Positions 1-10,093 of a DNA stretch of 64,000 nucleotides are shown here, piece by piece (position 1 is the stretch's first letter; every line of letters begins with the position of its first letter). Position numbers and translations under genes: made by a program. The stretch is from Nitrosopumilus sp. (GTDB lineage Archaea; Thermoproteota; Nitrososphaeria; Nitrososphaerales; Nitrosopumilaceae): NCBI GenBank assembly GCA_965206745.1, contig OZ242220.1:1632001-1696000 (forward strand), in the 5' to 3' direction. The notes below the pieces were generated by a model. That model did no database searches, was not told the origin of the DNA, and saw only the letters and a list, made by a program, of their open reading frames with translations.

Positions 1-139
1 CTAATCTTTCAGGATTGTCTATGTGTTTTAATGCATAAATTGCGCCTAAATATGGTTCCTGTAATCTATCATAGAATTCCGATATTGTAATACAGATTTT
101 CTTTTGTTCGGGAGTACAATGTCTAAAATCAACCGTCAA
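1..139 (-). CDS. 5' part of a hypothetical gene running off the window edge
   Basis: Hand translation from TTG at 139: MTVDFRHCTPEQKKICITISEFYDRLQEPYLGAIYALKHIDNPERL, open to position 1. Confidence 0.5.
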   Translation of the reverse strand, partial: MTVDFRHCTPEQKKICITISEFYDRLQEPYLGAIYALKHIDNPERL

Positions 140-307
140 TATTCATTCAACATATTACAAAAAATATAAATTATTATAATTTTACATTTAACTGCATTGA
201 TCAAGTGTTTTACTCTGTTGTATTGTTAAGAAGTTTTTAGAATTTTTGTTAAGTTATTGTGTATCAGAAATTAAAGAATCAAAGATATCAAGTTATTGTG
301 TGACAGG

Positions 308-373
308 TTCTGTGTAATCTTGGGGATATAGATGTGAAATACGGATCTTATTCTGATTCAAAAAACCCCTTGG
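308..373. repeat. Dispersed intergenic repeat, copy A (related copies at about 11510-11535, 12005-12065 and 54018-54046)
   Basis: ttctgtgtaatcttgggga...aaatacggatcttattctgattcaaaaaacccct, aligned by eye with the other copies. Confidence 0.75.
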
Positions 374-470
374 TTCTGTTCACAAATAGTGATCTGATCA
401 CTATATTTAATCAGAGCCAATCAAAATGTTTTATTTGTAAAGATTGCAATATACGATGATAGTTTGAATA

Positions 471-749
471 TTACTTGGCCTTGTAATATTGTGAACCATC
501 TCTTTCAGTTACTATAATTTCTATTTTTCCTTCATCAACTAATTCTTTTAATGCATCTTGTATTCGAGGTATTGATCCGAAATTTTTAAGAAATTGGCCC
601 CAGGGTTCATCGCTAAAATTATTTTTAAAATACTCGAAAATTTCTTGACGGTCATATCTATCTGATTTGTTATTGTCTAGATAAGAAAATATTTCTAGTT
701 TTAATCTAGAAGAATATTTGGCTTCATTCCCTTCTTCATTTATTGGCAT
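471..749 (-). CDS. Small winged-helix-like hypothetical protein
   Basis: 92 aa; ends with IQDALKELVDEGKIEIIVTERDGSQYYKAK, a helix plus beta-wing pattern. Confidence 0.55.
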   Translation of the reverse strand: MPINEEGNEAKYSSRLKLEIFSYLDNNKSDRYDRQEIFEYFKNNFSDEPWGQFLKNFGSIPRIQDALKELVDEGKIEIIVTERDGSQYYKAK

Positions 750-904
750 ATTGTATTTATGAGATATTACAATTTATGTATTTTCACTAGCATGGCATAT
801 GAGATCAGATACTCAAAAAACTAGATACAAAAATATTTTCAGCGATTCATATCTAACTAAAAGGCACAGGCGACCCCATACATTTTGAATCAATTTTTAA
901 TTTA

Positions 905-1579
905 TCAAATAATAAGACGCAATATTTTACAATCTTTTACAACATTATGAAAATCATGAAAATCAATTTTATTTTTATCAGAATTAAAGGCAGGAGAAGT
1001 CTCACATTTAGTTGAAATATTTTTTAAATTATCTAATGTTTGTTTATCATATAATTTATCTGAAACATGATCTGGATTTTGTAAATTAGTTCCACATTCA
1101 TCTATGTTTTTCCAAATATAATCAATTTTTTCTTTTAAGAAGGTTTTTTTCTCTTTGTTTTTTGATACTTTCCATTGTTTTTCAAGTTTTTTTATCTCTG
1201 AGAATAAAGTGATGATCTCATCTAGAGATAGCAATAAATATAATTGTGAAGTTTTAGGGTGATTTTTTTCTAATTTAAGATTACTAGATAAAATCCTCTC
1301 AATTCGCATAATTTTTGATTCTATATGGTCTTGTGATCTCTTTTCTATACAATATACAATCCAGACAACCATAACTCCAAAACCAGTACCTGATGCCAGA
1401 GTAAACCAATTAGGAAAATCACTGTATTGCCAAAGTTGTATTGCAGCGAACATTACAGATAACAGTATAGCGAACGCAATAACTATCAAGACTGGCATTA
1501 TAATTGAAAATGTAGTATTATCCAAAAAATTTTTGATAGTATACAATCGATATCTTAATCTCTGAGTACGACTAAACAT
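905..1579 (-). CDS. Two-TM membrane protein, paralogous to the N-terminal region of 7747-9555
   Basis: Two hydrophobic segments; LKNISTKCETSPAF matches LKTISSQCQNEPNF in 7747-9555. Confidence 0.7.
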   Translation of the reverse strand: MFSRTQRLRYRLYTIKNFLDNTTFSIIMPVLIVIAFAILLSVMFAAIQLWQYSDFPNWFTLASGTGFGVMVVWIVYCIEKRSQDHIESKIMRIERILSSNLKLEKNHPKTSQLYLLLSLDEIITLFSEIKKLEKQWKVSKNKEKKTFLKEKIDYIWKNIDECGTNLQNPDHVSDKLYDKQTLDNLKNISTKCETSPAFNSDKNKIDFHDFHNVVKDCKILRLII

Positions 1580-1942
1580 ATCTTAATAATTGTCACTATG
1601 AATTTGTACTCTTGGTAATTGTATTATACAAATCTCTTGAAATTTGCTCATTAAATCAATTAGATAAATTCTTTGATTTCAATCTCTGATTTTGAAGAAT
1701 TGCCTAGTTCATCAATAAAATTGGCATGATAATATCAGATTCAGCAAAATATAACACATGCAAGATTGGAGCAGAACCGTTTGCATCTTGGCAAGAACAT
1801 GATTGAAAGGCACCAAAAACATCTCTAATGAAATAGAAATTACTGTAAATTGGGAATAAAATCTACATTTTAGGGCCAATTCTCTGATACCTTGACAGTC
1901 CTTGCTTCATAGCTTTCTCAGGCGTGATTTTTTATAGAAGAT

Positions 1943-2134
1943 GTGCATTTTGTATACTTTCATTATATAGAATTAGATACAAGTCAAGGCATGGTAGAAA
2001 AATCTGATGAAATAGATGAAGTCCAGTCGATTTTGCATGATGTATGTAATAATGCAGTTCAATTAAATAATGAGATTAAACAGTTCATCACAGAAAAAAA
2101 GATTAATCAACCAACAAGGTATTCTTGGTTTTAG
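1943..2134 (+). CDS. Small hypothetical protein (start may be the ATG at 1991)
   Basis: Short ORF overlapping the start of the next gene. Confidence 0.35.
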   Translation: MHFVYFHYIELDTSQGMVEKSDEIDEVQSILHDVCNNAVQLNNEIKQFITEKKINQPTRYSWF

Positions 2135-3012
2135 AGAAAAGTATGGCCGGCAATAAACATCTTACTAGTCAATTAGAAGAAAAAGGCAGCAATTTGGTGT
2201 TAACTAGTCAAAAAATATCTAAACGTCGAAAAAAATTGGATACGGTAACAATTATAGTTCTATCTATTATAACAATTTTTTATTCATTGTTAACATTTGA
2301 ATTCATTAAATTTGATAATGAAATTATTTATCATTGGACAATAGTTTCTCTAGCAATTTATTTAGTGATTAATACAGGTATGCGGATCAAAATCAAACGT
2401 ATAAAAAATGAAATCACACCGATAGATTCAGCTTTTTTATATTCATATAATGCATTCATATCATTAGAATTACATTTAGATCGTGGACAATCGAAACACA
2501 AATTAGAAAATTTAGATGATGCAATAAAAAACATTAGTAAACTAAGTTACATAGTTTCTATCGGATGGAGAAAATTTACCAAAGATAATAATATTTTATC
2601 TAATCTTGATACAAATATGAATACTTTTGTAGAGAGCTTAAATGGATTAAAAAAAACATTAAAAAAAGAACCACATAAACCAAATGAAATTAAAACTGCA
2701 TTGATTCAAATAATGGAATTTTTAATGAGCAATAAAAAAAATAATTTTAAAAAAATCAACAAAGAATTGGAAGAATATAATTTTAAGAATCAGACAATAA
2801 CGATTCGACAGCAAATTAAAGAATTTATAATAGTTAAAAAACATATTATCGTAATAAATATACTTTCAGCAGCAATTATAACACCAATAATTGTGATAAT
2901 GGGGATAGATTCAAGTTTAATAGAATATAGCTTAGCAGTTAGTGCAATTTTGGCACCCATATTAGGAGCACAGATCTCTCCCTGGTTAAAGAAAATTGCA
3001 ACTAGTAAATAA
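2125..3012 (+). CDS. Membrane protein with 2 N-terminal and 2 C-terminal TM helices
   Basis: 295-aa ORF with four hydrophobic stretches flanking a charged helical domain. Confidence 0.7.
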   Translation: MVLEKSMAGNKHLTSQLEEKGSNLVLTSQKISKRRKKLDTVTIIVLSIITIFYSLLTFEFIKFDNEIIYHWTIVSLAIYLVINTGMRIKIKRIKNEITPIDSAFLYSYNAFISLELHLDRGQSKHKLENLDDAIKNISKLSYIVSIGWRKFTKDNNILSNLDTNMNTFVESLNGLKKTLKKEPHKPNEIKTALIQIMEFLMSNKKNNFKKINKELEEYNFKNQTITIRQQIKEFIIVKKHIIVINILSAAIITPIIVIMGIDSSLIEYSLAVSAILAPILGAQISPWLKKIATSK

Positions 3013-3323
3013 ATTACATTCAAAGAATAACAAATACATCAATCTATATTTTAATTATGAAATAGTTCATTGATGAAATAATCTAAAATTTAAATCAACT
3101 AAAATGTATGAAAAAATAAATCTGAATAGATCTAGATTTCATGTTATCTCCCATTGGTTTGTTACACGGCATGTCTAACAATAAAGGAATCAATGATTCA
3201 GCATGTCAAATCAAAGTCATACAACAAAGCAAAACATCTGCTTTTTGACATGTTATTTATTCTAATCAGACTATTTTTATCCTGAAATTTGCCGGTTTCT
3301 CCAAACCATAACAGAGCCTAACT

Positions 3324-3719
3324 ACCACGCATGACACCCTCCAGTCCCGGCAGGCACAGCCACTGCGTGGCTCTCAAATAGTATGAGAAATACAACAAAG
3401 TGTGAAGACTGGGAGGACCTGCAAGGAAGTATGCAAAAAGTACGAGGTAAAAAAGCCCGCCGGGGCAGGAAGATACGTCTCAGGGCAGGGCAGGTGCCAG
3501 ATCTGCGAGATATGGATCGACCACAGGGGATGCCACATCAGTAACGGCTCTCCTGCAAGCGCCGCTGACCGCGGCTGGTTCTGCAACTGCTGCAACTATA
3601 GGATAAGAAAGACGCCGCGCAACAAGGTGTACAAGGAGAAGCTGAGGAGGAGCCAGGATGAAGCCGGGGTGTGATGCGGGGTTGTGCGTCTCTTTTGGAT
3701 TTGTGATGGTAAGATGTAT
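3324..3719 (+). mobile_element. GC-rich ~390-bp dispersed element with imperfect inverted repeats (MITE-like), copy 1
   Basis: Near-identical to about 9570-9960; accacgcatgacaccc (3324-3339) is a 14/16 inverted match to gggtgtgatgcggggt (3667-3682). Confidence 0.5.
3402..3674 (+). CDS. Cys-rich putative Zn-binding small protein (thaumarchaeal-type family)
   Basis: CxxxC...GRYxSGQxRCQxCxIW...CxCCxYRIR...PRN motif; homologous to the N-terminus of 31877-33070. Confidence 0.75.
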   Translation: MKTGRTCKEVCKKYEVKKPAGAGRYVSGQGRCQICEIWIDHRGCHISNGSPASAADRGWFCNCCNYRIRKTPRNKVYKEKLRRSQDEAGV

Positions 3720-3812
3720 GGCAGAGTATAGTAGAATAGATGTTGCCATTACTACAATGGATAGAACTGGAATAATTCTTGCATTGTTAAATCGAATGAA
3801 AGTCTCACTAGA

Positions 3813-3888
3813 CTGTAAAGTTCAAGTGATTTCAGTACACTCTACACATGTAGGATGACTAGAACATACATAGAGGTAAGTTGAAAAC
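3813..3888. repeat. 76-bp repeat; inverted copy at 50556-50630
   Basis: Hand alignment with the reverse complement of 50556-50630 gives 66/76 identities (9 mismatches, 1 gap). Confidence 0.85.
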
Positions 3889-3961
3889 CCCAATCAACTG
3901 GCCAGTGCATTTGTTCAGACACTGTTCAATTCACAGGATCTAGGCACTATTTTATTAGGAA

Positions 3962-4029
3962 AATTTATAAATATTATAAATTTTACAAATTTTGTAAATA
4001 ATATATTTAATATATTAAATATATTATTT
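3962..4029. repeat. Three stacked AT-rich palindromes, including a perfect 34-bp palindrome (3996-4029)
   Basis: aatttataa-ata-ttataaatt; tttacaaa-t-tttgtaaa; aaataatatatttaata|tattaaatatattattt. Confidence 0.85.
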
Positions 4030-4180
4030 GTAAAGCTGATGGTGGGATTAACTATACCCACAAAAGAATTTACCAGTCGGTCTTCTCACCAATTGGAAAT
4101 TTTCACTCACAGATGAGGTGAGCAGCGAATATGTGCTTCACCAGCTTATCATATCTAAGTAATGTTTATAATAAATACAT

Positions 4181-4330
4181 ATTGCATTATACACTGACAA
4201 AATTTAAAATGTTGAATTGTACATTTGTAAAATTAAAATGTTGAATTATACCCTTACAAAATTAAAAATATGCTGAATTATGCACTGACAAAATTAAAAA
4301 TGTTGAATTATACATTTACAAAAGTAAAAA
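4181..4330. repeat. Five degenerate ~30-bp tandem repeats (iteron-like)
   Basis: Consensus tgttgaattatacatttacaaaattaaaaa repeated head to tail. Confidence 0.8.
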
Positions 4331-4884
4331 TTACTATTGTGTCTCGAAATCTGTTCACGATATAAAACACAATATAAAACACAATCTAAGACAGAAGTTC
4401 CGATTGACTCTCAAAATAACAAAAAACCTGATTTTTCAGACCTTTGGATCTATTGGGAAGAAGTCTATATCAGTGGTTTTGATCATAATGATGATCAGAT
4501 CGTCATGTTTGATCAAAATTGGAGATTTTTTGAATCGGAACAAGATTGCATTAGAAAAATAATGTGCTGATACAACATGTGAAATGAAATAGTGTTATTT
4601 GAAATTATTACATGACAATTTGCCTCCCCTTACCATAATTCCAGGAATTATCCGATCAGATTTATATCGAACCCATCTTGTGGCATTCTCCTCTGGGTTG
4701 TCCAATACTGTGAGGGATAGGCAGGGCTGAGATCAGGCCAAGTGCCTGTTCAATAAGGGATTTGTAGGTTCATGGGTATGGAGGAGCTTCCAAGATGAGA
4801 TTGGATGCTGTCTTTCTATAGAGTTCTCCAGTCTGGGAGCTGTGCAGACCAAAATAATTTTAAATTAGTTTTGCCATTTCAGAG

Positions 4885-5811
4885 GTGTTGGGATTTTTTG
4901 ATGCCATTAAAAAGAGCAGAAGGCAGGTGAGTCGGGAGAATCAGAGTCAGGGCAGGGCAGGCGAGAAGAAGATTCGTGAAAAATATGAGATGACAGGATA
5001 CAAGGTGACAAGGACCGGGAAGGGGCACGACCTCAAGGCAGAAAAAAAGGACTGGTTCACCGGGGAGAACAGGGCAAAGTACATCGAGGTCAAGACAGGA
5101 AACTCTAAACTCTCCAAGCTTCAAAAGAAAAAACAGGGACAGATCGGGGGCAAGTATGTTGTTGAACGTCTCAAACCCACGACGTTTGGACTGGTTTCAA
5201 ACAACCGTGAATCAGATTCACGCTCCAAGAAGTCAAAGTCATCTGGCTTTGGCAGTCCTGTTACTTGGGGGTCTGGCTCTACGAAGAAGAAGAAATCAGG
5301 CGGTATATTTGGATCCAGTACAGTTGATTCCATCTTTGGTTCGAGTTCAAAAAAGAAATCCAAGAGTAAGTCAGTTAGTATGTTTGGATCTAGTACAGTT
5401 GATTCCATCTTTGGTTCGAGTTCAAAAAAGAAATCCAAGAGTAAGTCAGTTAGTATGTTTGGATCTAGTACAGTTGATTCCATCTTTGGTTCGAGTTCAA
5501 AAAAGAAATCCAAGAGTAAGTCAGTTAGTATGTTTGGATCTAGTACAGTTGATTCCATCTTTGGTTCGAGTTCAAAAAAGAAATCTAAAAGTAAAAAGTC
5601 AGTCAGTATGTTTGGATCTAGTACAGTTGATTCCATCTTTGGCTCAGGTTCAAAAAAGAAGTCCAGGAAAAAGAAATCAGTTAGTATGTTTGGATCCGGT
5701 TCAGTTGATTCCATCTTTGGTTCGAGTTCAAAAAAGAAGTCCAGGAAAAAGAAATCAGTCAGTATGTTTGGATCATCAAAAAGAAACAAGAAAGATGTAG
5801 GAATCTGGTAG
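4885..5811 (+). CDS. PD-(D/E)xK nuclease-like domain with a Ser/Lys/Phe-Gly repeat tail
   Basis: GxxGE...GHDLKA...YIEVKT motif, then about 6 copies of SVSMFGSSTVDSIFGSSSKKKSKSK. Confidence 0.7.
   Translation: MLGFFDAIKKSRRQVSRENQSQGRAGEKKIREKYEMTGYKVTRTGKGHDLKAEKKDWFTGENRAKYIEVKTGNSKLSKLQKKKQGQIGGKYVVERLKPTTFGLVSNNRESDSRSKKSKSSGFGSPVTWGSGSTKKKKSGGIFGSSTVDSIFGSSSKKKSKSKSVSMFGSSTVDSIFGSSSKKKSKSKSVSMFGSSTVDSIFGSSSKKKSKSKSVSMFGSSTVDSIFGSSSKKKSKSKKSVSMFGSSTVDSIFGSGSKKKSRKKKSVSMFGSGSVDSIFGSSSKKKSRKKKSVSMFGSSKRNKKDVGIW
5306..5775 (+). repeat. Coding tandem repeat, 75-78-bp unit, about 6 copies
   Basis: tcagttagtatgtttggatc recurs at 5371, 5446 and 5521 (period 75). Confidence 0.95.
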
Positions 5812-5958
5812 AATCACATCTAGTGTCTAATTGTATGATTTTATGCATGATAATTCATTGATTCCTTTGTGGCTTGGACACATCATGCAATCAATTATAA
5901 TTGATAATAAAATAATTGAGAAAAAAGTCACAGGTGGTTTATTTATTTTGTACAAATA

Positions 5959-7272
5959 TCACAACTTGATTTTATACTCGTCCTTATAGTAAGATTCCAC
6001 ATCTGAATATTTATCAGATTTTTCAATCATGTCTAAAAGAAGATATCTAAGATTAATTTGTAATCCTGTGACTTCCTCATCGTAAATTCGAACATTTTCA
6101 TCATGGACCAAATCATTTCTTTTATCATAGTATTTTTTATAGAATTCAGCATGTTTTTGATCACCAGAAAATATAATGGCCGAATGCTCTCCGAATTTTT
6201 TTCCTTTTTGTCGCTCGTGTTTTTTTAAAAGCAATTTTTCTAATCCAATTAAATAATAAAGAAATTTTTTTACATTTGAATCACGCAGACTGTCAATAGA
6301 ACCATACCAATACATGGAAGAAAAAATTGATTTCTGAAATGCAGTCATATGTTCAGAATATAGAAAGGATGCAAGTTTCCCCCATGTATTCTCTAATTTT
6401 TTATAGAATTCTTCACTAGGAGTTGTTCTGCAAAGTGTATAATAATTATATCTAGAGGGTTGAAGAGATCCAATAGATTTGTTATGGATTAAAATCATAT
6501 AATTAATCTGCTCATAACTATATTTTCTTGTAGAAATAAAAGAACCAGAATCAAATAATTTTATAGAAGAAATAAATTTATCAAGTGATTCTTCTGCTAA
6601 TTCTTGAGCTGCATCAACATCATGTGCCTTTACAGTAATAATAGCGCCGATGTCAGTATTATTGCTTTTTATGAAATAATCAACATCATGAAGATTGTTA
6701 GGAATTTGCTTATTCATTGCAAAATATTTTTTAATCAAATCACTGTCAATCTTTGCAATGGTGATATTATCAATAGTAAAATGGTCATTATAATCATAAT
6801 GATTAACAGGCAGTAAAATTCTATATTCGTATTGGTTTACACTATCAAGTTTTTCAAGCCATTTTTTAACATGAGATGCTACATCTGAATCTGACATCTT
6901 TGATGATTTGCATAAAATCAAAAAATCAACAATGGTTTTATCTAAGTAATTTTCAGATAAACTATAGTTTTTTTCAGAGTAATATTCTCTCAGAATCCTT
7001 TTTATGTTAAAAAAATAATGTGCCGCCTTGTCTTGTAAAACAAATGCCTTCATGGATTCTAGAGATCCAAATCCAATAGCGCGACATTCAGTAGGATTGG
7101 GAAATATGTCAGATCTATGCGTAATATCTTTTATTTTTGAAAATTTGAGTATATTAATTACATTTTCATTAATTGTGTCGATTATCAATGATTGTATGTT
7201 GTAAAAATATAGTATTTGGCTTTTGATTTCCTTGTTATGGATCTTGTTAGTACAAATTTTGTTGACGATCAT
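5959..7272 (-). CDS. ApeA-like HEPN domain protein (putative RNase)
   Basis: C-terminal KFLYYLIGLEKLL...YDKRNDLVHD (Rx4H HEPN motif). Confidence 0.75.
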   Translation of the reverse strand: MIVNKICTNKIHNKEIKSQILYFYNIQSLIIDTINENVINILKFSKIKDITHRSDIFPNPTECRAIGFGSLESMKAFVLQDKAAHYFFNIKRILREYYSEKNYSLSENYLDKTIVDFLILCKSSKMSDSDVASHVKKWLEKLDSVNQYEYRILLPVNHYDYNDHFTIDNITIAKIDSDLIKKYFAMNKQIPNNLHDVDYFIKSNNTDIGAIITVKAHDVDAAQELAEESLDKFISSIKLFDSGSFISTRKYSYEQINYMILIHNKSIGSLQPSRYNYYTLCRTTPSEEFYKKLENTWGKLASFLYSEHMTAFQKSIFSSMYWYGSIDSLRDSNVKKFLYYLIGLEKLLLKKHERQKGKKFGEHSAIIFSGDQKHAEFYKKYYDKRNDLVHDENVRIYDEEVTGLQINLRYLLLDMIEKSDKYSDVESYYKDEYKIKL

Positions 7273-7746
7273 TTTATAATCAAGTAAATATGCGAAAATT
7301 AATCCAAAACATGTTTTCTCAAATCAATATTTTTGATGCATTTCTTGAAATATGGAATTGTCTCATTTGTTAGAGTTTCATAACAATTTATCTTGGAATA
7401 AAATTATTGATTCTCTCTTTGTAATTATACAAGCATTGCAGCAAAGACCATCCATATTTGCGCTAATCTGCATTGATATGTCATTGGATTTTTGCAAGGT
7501 ACTCTCAAATTCCCTATTTACAGACTTTTTACCCTTCAGGATTGCAAAGTGTGATCATGGTTGAGGGATTGACACCTTTATCTTGTTAGTGAAACTGTTA
7601 GTATAGACGATATCATATCGCATGATGCCGCATCTGTTTTTTACTTGAAACAAACCTATATCATCAAAGATATTGTCAATTTTTTGAGTGGATGGGAGTA
7701 CATCAGAATAATCAATTTTTATATTTAGTGTATATGCTAAAAATAA

Positions 7747-9555
7747 TTGAAGAAAAAGATTACAGAGGTAGTGTTTGTTACAATTATTGTTATTCTCATA
7801 TTCATTTATTTTTTTAGATATTACAATATTGTGATCGATGACAACATAACGTTAATTGTAGAAGTTGGTGTGGGAATCATTATTACAGCTATAGTTTTGA
7901 TAATTTCTCAAAAAAACGAGTTAAAGATAGAGAAAGCAACTAGTGATATTTTGGGTATGATTAAGAAAGAACACGATGGGAAAATAAAGAATCAGAGATA
8001 TGCAAAGGATTTATTTTTACACGAATTTTATGCCATAGTAAAATCTATTGAATCTATACATATCATGACTGAATCACATGGTGAGGATACGAACTTGACA
8101 CTAAATAATTCTCAATACATCACCATAATGTCCCATGTAAATAACATTAAAAAACATGGAAGAAAATTAGATGAGATAATAGAGGATTCACGTGATTATT
8201 TTGAAATGCACGATAGAGGCATATTAAAAACTATATCAAGCCAATGTCAAAATGAACCTAACTTTGAAAATGGCAAAATACATCATGATTCCTACGAACC
8301 TTTGAAAAAGATAGTTACATCAAAGATTGAAGAATATGAACAACCAAAAGATAAAACTGAAAAATTAGAAATGCCTAAATCTATTCCTCAAAATTTAGAA
8401 GAGAAACAAGAATTTGAAACCAGTTCAAAAAGCAAGTCATCGGATTCAGAAAAAGAACCCGTAATGGATGGTTTCATTACTGTTTCCAGTGATCGTACAG
8501 TATACCCACTTGACAGTGTTATTCATGCACGAGCAAACCTTCGGGATATAATTAAAAATGAAAACATCGTTTATGAAATCTTTAATTCAAAAGGGGAATT
8601 ACTTTTGTCAAAAACGCTTGATCCTGCAACTTGTAATGATTTAGAATTAACAAAGGGCAATATTTTTCAAGTTGATTTTAAAATGAATGGAGATAAATGG
8701 ATGATAGGAAATGAGTACACAGTTAGAGGAATCTATGGCACATCATATGCAGAGGATAGTTTTGTAATTGATCAAAGAACACCAGTAATTCAAACAGATG
8801 AGACATTTTACAGGATACATAGTGATTTGATCCTAACTGTAATTGATCCTGATGCAGATAAAGACAATCAGATTCCAGAGCTTGTTGGAGATAGGAATGA
8901 TTCCAAACTGACTATAGAGTGCCCTTATGGGAAAATTGACGGGTATAAACTGAAAGAGACAGGGAGATCCACAGGGATATTTCAAGGAAAAATAAGAATT
9001 TTGGGCATAAGCAAAGATGGCAGTGTGATGAAATGGAATATAGATGGAGAAATCATTGACATGATTCAGGGTACCGGTATTGATGATGGATTCATTGGAG
9101 GAGGACCAGGTGATGAAATCACCATAAAATACGAGAATGACAGTGGAGTTGTAACGGTATCATTTTTTATCTCAAATTATGATGTAAGAGTTGGAATAGA
9201 TGAATCAACATATCGACCAAATGACAAGGTTCACTTCGCTGTTTCTGCACCAGATTTTAGTTTTGATTTTGACTCAAAAAATGAGATAGGCCAAGAACCT
9301 GGAAGCATAGTTAGTGTTCGCACCGGCATTGACAAGTTATCGAATTACAAACTGGTGGAGACAGGTATTGATACGGGAATTTTTACCGGAGAGTTGCAAC
9401 TGGTGGACTCGTTGGAAAAGTCATCTAACAGATACCAATCAAAGTTTGGGCCTAGTGACGGCTGCATTGCATGCAAAAAGGATGATTTTATCGAGATAAC
9501 ATTTGAGCCATTCAAGGACAAGAAAATCACGGATAAAGCATCAATAAAGCCATAA
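7747..9555 (+). CDS. Membrane-anchored protein with C-terminal S-layer-like beta-sandwich repeats
   Basis: Two N-terminal TMs; repeated VIDPDADKD...LKETGRSTGIFQG and VSAPD...LVETGIDTGIFTGE motifs, as recalled from thaumarchaeal surface proteins. Confidence 0.7.
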   Translation: MKKKITEVVFVTIIVILIFIYFFRYYNIVIDDNITLIVEVGVGIIITAIVLIISQKNELKIEKATSDILGMIKKEHDGKIKNQRYAKDLFLHEFYAIVKSIESIHIMTESHGEDTNLTLNNSQYITIMSHVNNIKKHGRKLDEIIEDSRDYFEMHDRGILKTISSQCQNEPNFENGKIHHDSYEPLKKIVTSKIEEYEQPKDKTEKLEMPKSIPQNLEEKQEFETSSKSKSSDSEKEPVMDGFITVSSDRTVYPLDSVIHARANLRDIIKNENIVYEIFNSKGELLLSKTLDPATCNDLELTKGNIFQVDFKMNGDKWMIGNEYTVRGIYGTSYAEDSFVIDQRTPVIQTDETFYRIHSDLILTVIDPDADKDNQIPELVGDRNDSKLTIECPYGKIDGYKLKETGRSTGIFQGKIRILGISKDGSVMKWNIDGEIIDMIQGTGIDDGFIGGGPGDEITIKYENDSGVVTVSFFISNYDVRVGIDESTYRPNDKVHFAVSAPDFSFDFDSKNEIGQEPGSIVSVRTGIDKLSNYKLVETGIDTGIFTGELQLVDSLEKSSNRYQSKFGPSDGCIACKKDDFIEITFEPFKDKKITDKASIKP

Positions 9556-9569
9556 AATTCGCATCATCC

Positions 9570-9960
9570 CAACGCATGATACCCTGCAGTCCCGGCAGGC
9601 ACGGCCGCTGCGTGGCTCTCAAATAGTATGAAAAACACCACAAAGTGTGAAGACTGGGAGGACCTGCAAGGGAGTATGCAAAAAGTACGAGGTAAAAAAG
9701 CCCACCGGGGCAGGAAGATACGTCTCAGGGCAGGTGCCAGATCTGCGAGATATGGATCGACCACAGGGGATGCCACATCAGTGACGGCTCTCCTGCAGGT
9801 GCCGATGACCGCGGTTGGTTCTGCAACTGCTGCAACTATAGGATAAGAATGACGCCGCGCAACAGGGTGTACAAGGAGAAGCTGAGGAGGAGCCAGGATG
9901 AAGCCGGGGTGTGATGTGAGGTTATGCAGCTCTTTGTGGGTTTGTGGTAGTGAAATGTAT
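9570..9960 (+). mobile_element. MITE-like dispersed element, copy 2
   Basis: Near-identical to 3324-3719 in both coding and non-coding parts. Confidence 0.5.
9647..9914 (+). pseudogene. Frameshifted copy of the Cys-rich protein gene
   Basis: 268 bp versus 273 bp in copy 1; one GGGCA unit lost (cagggcagggcaggtg to cagggcaggtg near 9730). Confidence 0.85.
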
Positions 9961-10093
9961 CCCTAGACTTTACAGGGCCAATTATAACGATAAAAGACAC
10001 TAAAATTATGTTTGTCAAGAGGGCATTTGCAGAAACTCTCGCCATCAAACATTATTTAGAAAAACAGATATCACGCTAAAATATGAAATTCAT

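Noticed and set aside
4181-4330. CRISPR array
   Set aside because: Repeats are head to tail and degenerate, with no unique spacers and no cas genes in the window
5121-5800. Alternative-frame ORFs 5121-5789 (-) and 5156-5800 (+)
   Set aside because: They stay open only because the 75-bp repeat lacks stops; the 4885-5811 frame carries the nuclease motif
9564-10048. ORFs 9564-9776, 9628-9846 and 9836-10048
   Set aside because: Shadow or frameshift products of the pseudogenised Cys-rich element
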